Of a DNA stretch of 8,660 nt, positions 6,313-8,660 are shown in pieces (positions within the stretch are counted from its first letter, which is position 1; every line of letters starts with the position of its first letter). The stretch covers positions 16,127 through 24,786 of the forward strand of contig CAYZSS010000012.1 of assembly GCA_964480435.1 (NCBI GenBank), given 5' to 3'. This DNA is from an uncultured archaeon (lineage in GTDB: Archaea > Iainarchaeota > Iainarchaeia > Iainarchaeales > 0-14-0-20-30-16). The position numbers and the translations under genes were made by a program. The notes under the pieces were generated by a model that saw only the letters and a program-made list of their open reading frames with translations, was not told the DNA's origin and did not search any database.

Positions 6313-6315
6313 AAT
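6281..6315. repeat. Right 35-bp direct repeat (orphan copy of the kinase 5' end)
   Basis: tttgtgtgcaaatcactGttattgtaaaccataat is 34/35 identical to 4846-4880, in the same orientation, 1,435 bp away. Confidence 0.95.
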
Positions 6316-6334
6316 ATAAGAAAGAGAAAAAGAT

Positions 6335-6342
6335 TGTTAAAT
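6335..6342 (-). promoter_or_regulatory. TATA-like box (ATTTAACA on minus strand), candidate original leaderless kinase promoter
   Basis: The box centre is 26.5 nt upstream of the orphan ATG (6312), the same spacing as the ORF199 box. No Shine-Dalgarno-like motif lies between them. Confidence 0.3.
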
Positions 6343-6369
6343 GTTATGATACTAACAGATTAAAAATTA

Positions 6370-6825
6370 TTAACAACCACCATCACAAGAAGAAAAACTA
6401 AGTGGCTTTATTTCAGATAAAGCGGTATATTCTACTTTTTCAGTACCAACAACAGGGAGCAGATAGGTGGTTTCTATACTGCCATCAGAATTCTTTTTTA
6501 TTTTTTTTAGATTTACTTTTATACCCATCCCCTTACCTTGTAAACCTAGTATTGTTGAACTTCCAGAGCAAGGCAACAAAGCAGAATTAGACAAATAATA
6601 ACAAACTTTGTAATTTGCGCTATTACCCATAATTAAAACACCTGCTCCATTTGGAGAAGATATTTTTTTAGTTAAGTTAAAACTTATTTCATTATTTTTG
6701 ATTTGCACAGTTGATTTATCCGTGTAATTTTTTGGAATCATTTCTGGATCAAAATGCGCTAATATTAGTAGTACCCTGGCTTGATTAAAGTTTGTTTCGT
6801 CAGTATCTGCTACGGAATCAGACAC
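6370..6825 (-). CDS. C-terminal segment (frame 3 of 3) of the cysteine-rich protein; beta-rich domain ending SSCDGGC
   Basis: The track ORF starts at a GTG (6823-6825). The frame is already open from 6882, with 19 further sense codons (KKSLTDSISICDSAAGVCN) and no ATG/GTG/TTG among them. There is no promoter or RBS space. Stop at 6370-6372. Confidence 0.6.
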   Translation of the reverse strand: MSDSVADTDETNFNQARVLLILAHFDPEMIPKNYTDKSTVQIKNNEISFNLTKKISSPNGAGVLIMGNSANYKVCYYLSNSALLPCSGSSTILGLQGKGMGIKVNLKKIKKNSDGSIETTYLLPVVGTEKVEYTALSEIKPLSFSSCDGGC

Positions 6826-6869
6826 ATTACAGACACCAGCTGCAGAATCACAAATACTTATGCTATCAG

Positions 6870-7445
6870 TTAAACTTTTTTTTTACACAAATTATTTTTA
6901 CATTCTTCTCCACTGGAACAATCAGTATTTGTTGTACAATTACAGCTAACGCCACCCATCGATAAATAATTTTGTATTATTGTCTCCGCATCTTCTGTAA
7001 TAAGAGAATCACCAATCATAACTTTATTACCAATTATCAAGGTAGGTATACCCCAACCACAAGCATTATCTGGCGTTGATTTTTTAATACATTTCTTAGC
7101 CCCGCTATGACAATACCACCCGGAACTACAACCGTCGTCATCTGTAGTACAAGAATCACCTTGTACACAAGCCTCAGGCACACTATATAAATTATATAAT
7201 GGTATTAGTTTTGCAGTAAAAGCAGGATAATTAATTTGCACTTCAGTTTCACGTATTTCAAGTGTTGGATATTTATCAAGTAAATTTTTAAAAAGGCCAA
7301 TAAATTCCTTTGTAGAAGGGTTAATAAAAGCATGACAATGCTGACAGTTCAGCCCCCAAAAGAAAGAAGCACAAACCTTAGGAATTTCAGACACAGAAGG
7401 CGCAACAGAGATACCACACCCTTCTTTCCCATTGTATTTATACAA
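6870..7445 (-). CDS. Middle segment (frame 2 of 3): thioredoxin-fold CQHC module with cysteine-knot inserts
   Basis: The track ORF starts at a TTG (7443-7445). The frame is open from 7667, with 74 further sense codons and no canonical start. FFWGLNCQHCHAF (CxxC at 7335-7346) and GWGIPTLIIGNKVMIG (cis-Pro loop) define a thioredoxin/DsbA-like fold. The Cys-rich stretches are CVQGDSCTTDDDGCSSGWYCHSGAKKC and CNCTTNTDCSSGEECKNNLC. Stop TAA at 6870-6872. Confidence 0.65.
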   Translation of the reverse strand: MYKYNGKEGCGISVAPSVSEIPKVCASFFWGLNCQHCHAFINPSTKEFIGLFKNLLDKYPTLEIRETEVQINYPAFTAKLIPLYNLYSVPEACVQGDSCTTDDDGCSSGWYCHSGAKKCIKKSTPDNACGWGIPTLIIGNKVMIGDSLITEDAETIIQNYLSMGGVSCNCTTNTDCSSGEECKNNLCKKKV

Positions 7446-7603
7446 GTACCAAACCCCATTTGTTAAAGTTTTATTAACTGCATATGTTATGTATCTACCG
7501 CTGTTAGCTTCAAATTCTGCTGTGTATTTTATTACACCATCAACTTCTACAAGACCGTTGTTATCTGCTACAGGGCCAATTCTTTTATATACTCCATTAC
7601 CTT

Positions 7604-8660
7604 CTAAGTCATAAAATAATTTTTTAGCTGATATTTGGACTTCACAATCCGAAAAAAGCCCCCTATTTCAAATGGATTAAGAGCTTTAACTGCATCCCAA
7701 AAATTACAAACCTCTATTGGACCTTTAGCTATGAGAGCAGGAACACCACAAGTATCATCATCACAAGTGTCCTTTATCGTCTGCAAGCTAGCTGTGGGCT
7801 TCGGGGCTTGTTTCTGCGTAAGAGCTGGGTTATAATCACACACACCATCAGTTCCTGCTGGATGACTAGCATCACAAAAAACTTGCACAGGACCCTTACC
7901 AGAAAGCAGTTGTGGTATTTTTGCTATTATGTCTGCATCAGTTACATTTTTTACAATAATCTTATTTCCTTTTTTTATGTGATAATATGTAGGATCACTT
8001 GTTTTTTCACGAGCGGCATCCATAATTTTTTTATATACTTTTTTTTCATCTTGGCATTTATTTCCAATTGTTAAATCATAAGCAGTACTACACTCAGGAA
8101 GCCCAGAGGTTATTTTTTCACCAAGCAATAACACCATAGTTTCTCCACCATAATCAGCATCAGGGGGATAAAATAATAATTTACCATAAGTTTCTGCAGC
8201 AGGAGAGGTTCCTTGTACACCTGTTTGAGCAGCAACATCTGAATCTAGTTTACAAATTCCTTTAGTACCATCAAAAACATTTTTTTTATTCCCTTGAGCA
8301 TCATAACAAGATCCACTTGTAAGCACACAATTCATTGTGTTATAACATTTTTCTCCTTCTTTTTGTGTAACTGCTTGAATATCAGAACATACTCTGCTGT
8401 TATCATCACTAGCTATTGTTTTTGGCATACAGAATAAACCCTGCGGACAACTGCCGTGAACAGTACCAGTACAAAGACTTCCTACACCAGCAGGCAAATT
8501 TGCTGTTGGAACAGCTTCGGGGCTATCTTCTCCAGCAACCGAAGGTTTTGCTACTGTTGCTGAGCCTTCAATGTATTTAATATAAACTTTATTTTTTGCA
8601 TTAACTGCATATCTTATTTTACTTGTTGCATCTAGAATCCACATACAACCAGCACATTTA
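7604..8660 (-). CDS. N-proximal segment (frame 1 of 3) of the cysteine-rich protein, 5'-truncated by the window edge
   Basis: The frame stays open upstream of the track ATG (8642-8644) to the window end, reading KCAGC before MWILD. It contains 17 Cys in knot-like spacings (CTGTVHGSCPQGLFC, CYNTMNCVLTSGSC, CDDDTCG) and Pro/Ala/Thr linker stretches. Stop TAG at 7604-7606. Confidence 0.65.
   Translation of the reverse strand, partial: KCAGCMWILDATSKIRYAVNAKNKVYIKYIEGSATVAKPSVAGEDSPEAVPTANLPAGVGSLCTGTVHGSCPQGLFCMPKTIASDDNSRVCSDIQAVTQKEGEKCYNTMNCVLTSGSCYDAQGNKKNVFDGTKGICKLDSDVAAQTGVQGTSPAAETYGKLLFYPPDADYGGETMVLLLGEKITSGLPECSTAYDLTIGNKCQDEKKVYKKIMDAAREKTSDPTYYHIKKGNKIIVKNVTDADIIAKIPQLLSGKGPVQVFCDASHPAGTDGVCDYNPALTQKQAPKPTASLQTIKDTCDDDTCGVPALIAKGPIEVCNFWDAVKALNPFEIGGFFRIVKSKYQLKNYFMT

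Larger units (their letters stand above)
6370..8660 (-). pseudogene. Composite reading: one large cysteine-rich secreted-type protein gene interrupted by two -1-type frame breaks
   Basis: The three consecutive minus-strand ORFs have no intergenic space. The two downstream ones lack canonical starts and are open well upstream of their nominal starts. Frame overlaps are confined to 7604-7670 and 6870-6885, both of which contain homopolymer runs. A true frameshift, programmed slippage, phase variation and base-calling error cannot be told apart from this sequence. Confidence 0.5.

Noticed and set aside
4846-6315. Classical transposon or IS interpretation of the repeat-flanked abiE insert
   Set aside because: There is no transposase gene and no terminal inverted repeats at 4881 or 6280. 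A 35-bp duplication is far longer than usual target-site duplications. The site-specific or homology-driven integration model is retained instead.
6870-7670. Stop-codon reassignment or read-through (UGA/UAG as sense) as the explanation for the two breaks in the cysteine-rich gene
   Set aside because: Reading through TAG 7604-7606 in the upstream frame hits another TAG 12 codons later. Extending the downstream frame past TGA 7668-7670 hits TAA after 2 codons. Frame 2 ends in TAA. htpX ends in TGA, and TAA, TAG and TGA all terminate well-supported genes here, so the standard code fits and a frame change is required.
6402-8074. Plus-strand ORFs 6402..6590, 7432..7614, 7635..7835 and 7808..8074
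   Set aside because: They are antisense to the cysteine-rich gene frames. They are short and overlap one another, and their translations are hydrophobic and low-complexity. ORF 7432..7614 merely spans the gap created by the minus-strand frame break.
1-8660. CRISPR arrays, rRNA genes, or other long tandem or interspersed repeats
   Set aside because: I found no regularly spaced repeat-spacer pattern and no rRNA-like conserved blocks. The only long exact or near-exact repeat is the 35-mer pair.

Overview
AT-rich, tightly packed window that reads as archaeal. Evidence: an archaeal/eukaryal-type tRNA-splicing endonuclease (EndA) next to a TruD/Pus7 pseudouridine synthase, GGTGAT-type Shine-Dalgarno motifs, and TATA-like boxes centred about 26 nt upstream of ATGs that lack a leader. 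A small-genome (DPANN-like) host is plausible but is only inference. All calls rest on motif recognition by eye; no homology search was run.

Left third: a lemA-htpX membrane pair on the minus strand, divergent from a plus-strand tRNA-maturation cluster of truD, an unknown His-rich 199-aa ORF, and endA.

Middle: a RIO/Bud32-like kinase-fold gene whose 5' end has been invaded by a 1.4-kb AbiEi/AbiEii type IV toxin-antitoxin cassette. The cassette is bounded by 35-bp direct repeats (34/35 identical) that duplicate the kinase start codon and first 10 codons. This leaves an orphan 11-codon stub behind the apparent native promoter. A smaller, weaker version of the same architecture (an orphan start at promoter distance, then an insert, then the real start) sits upstream of truD.

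Right third: a minus-strand gene of more than 2.29 kb that runs off the window. It encodes a cysteine-rich protein (about 39 Cys by my count), presumably extracellular, with a thioredoxin-fold CQHC module. It is split into three ORFs by two -1-type frame breaks, each confined to a short overlap containing homopolymer tracts (G5/T6/A6, and A9 on the coding strand).

No rRNA, tRNA, CRISPR array, transposase or integrase was recognised.
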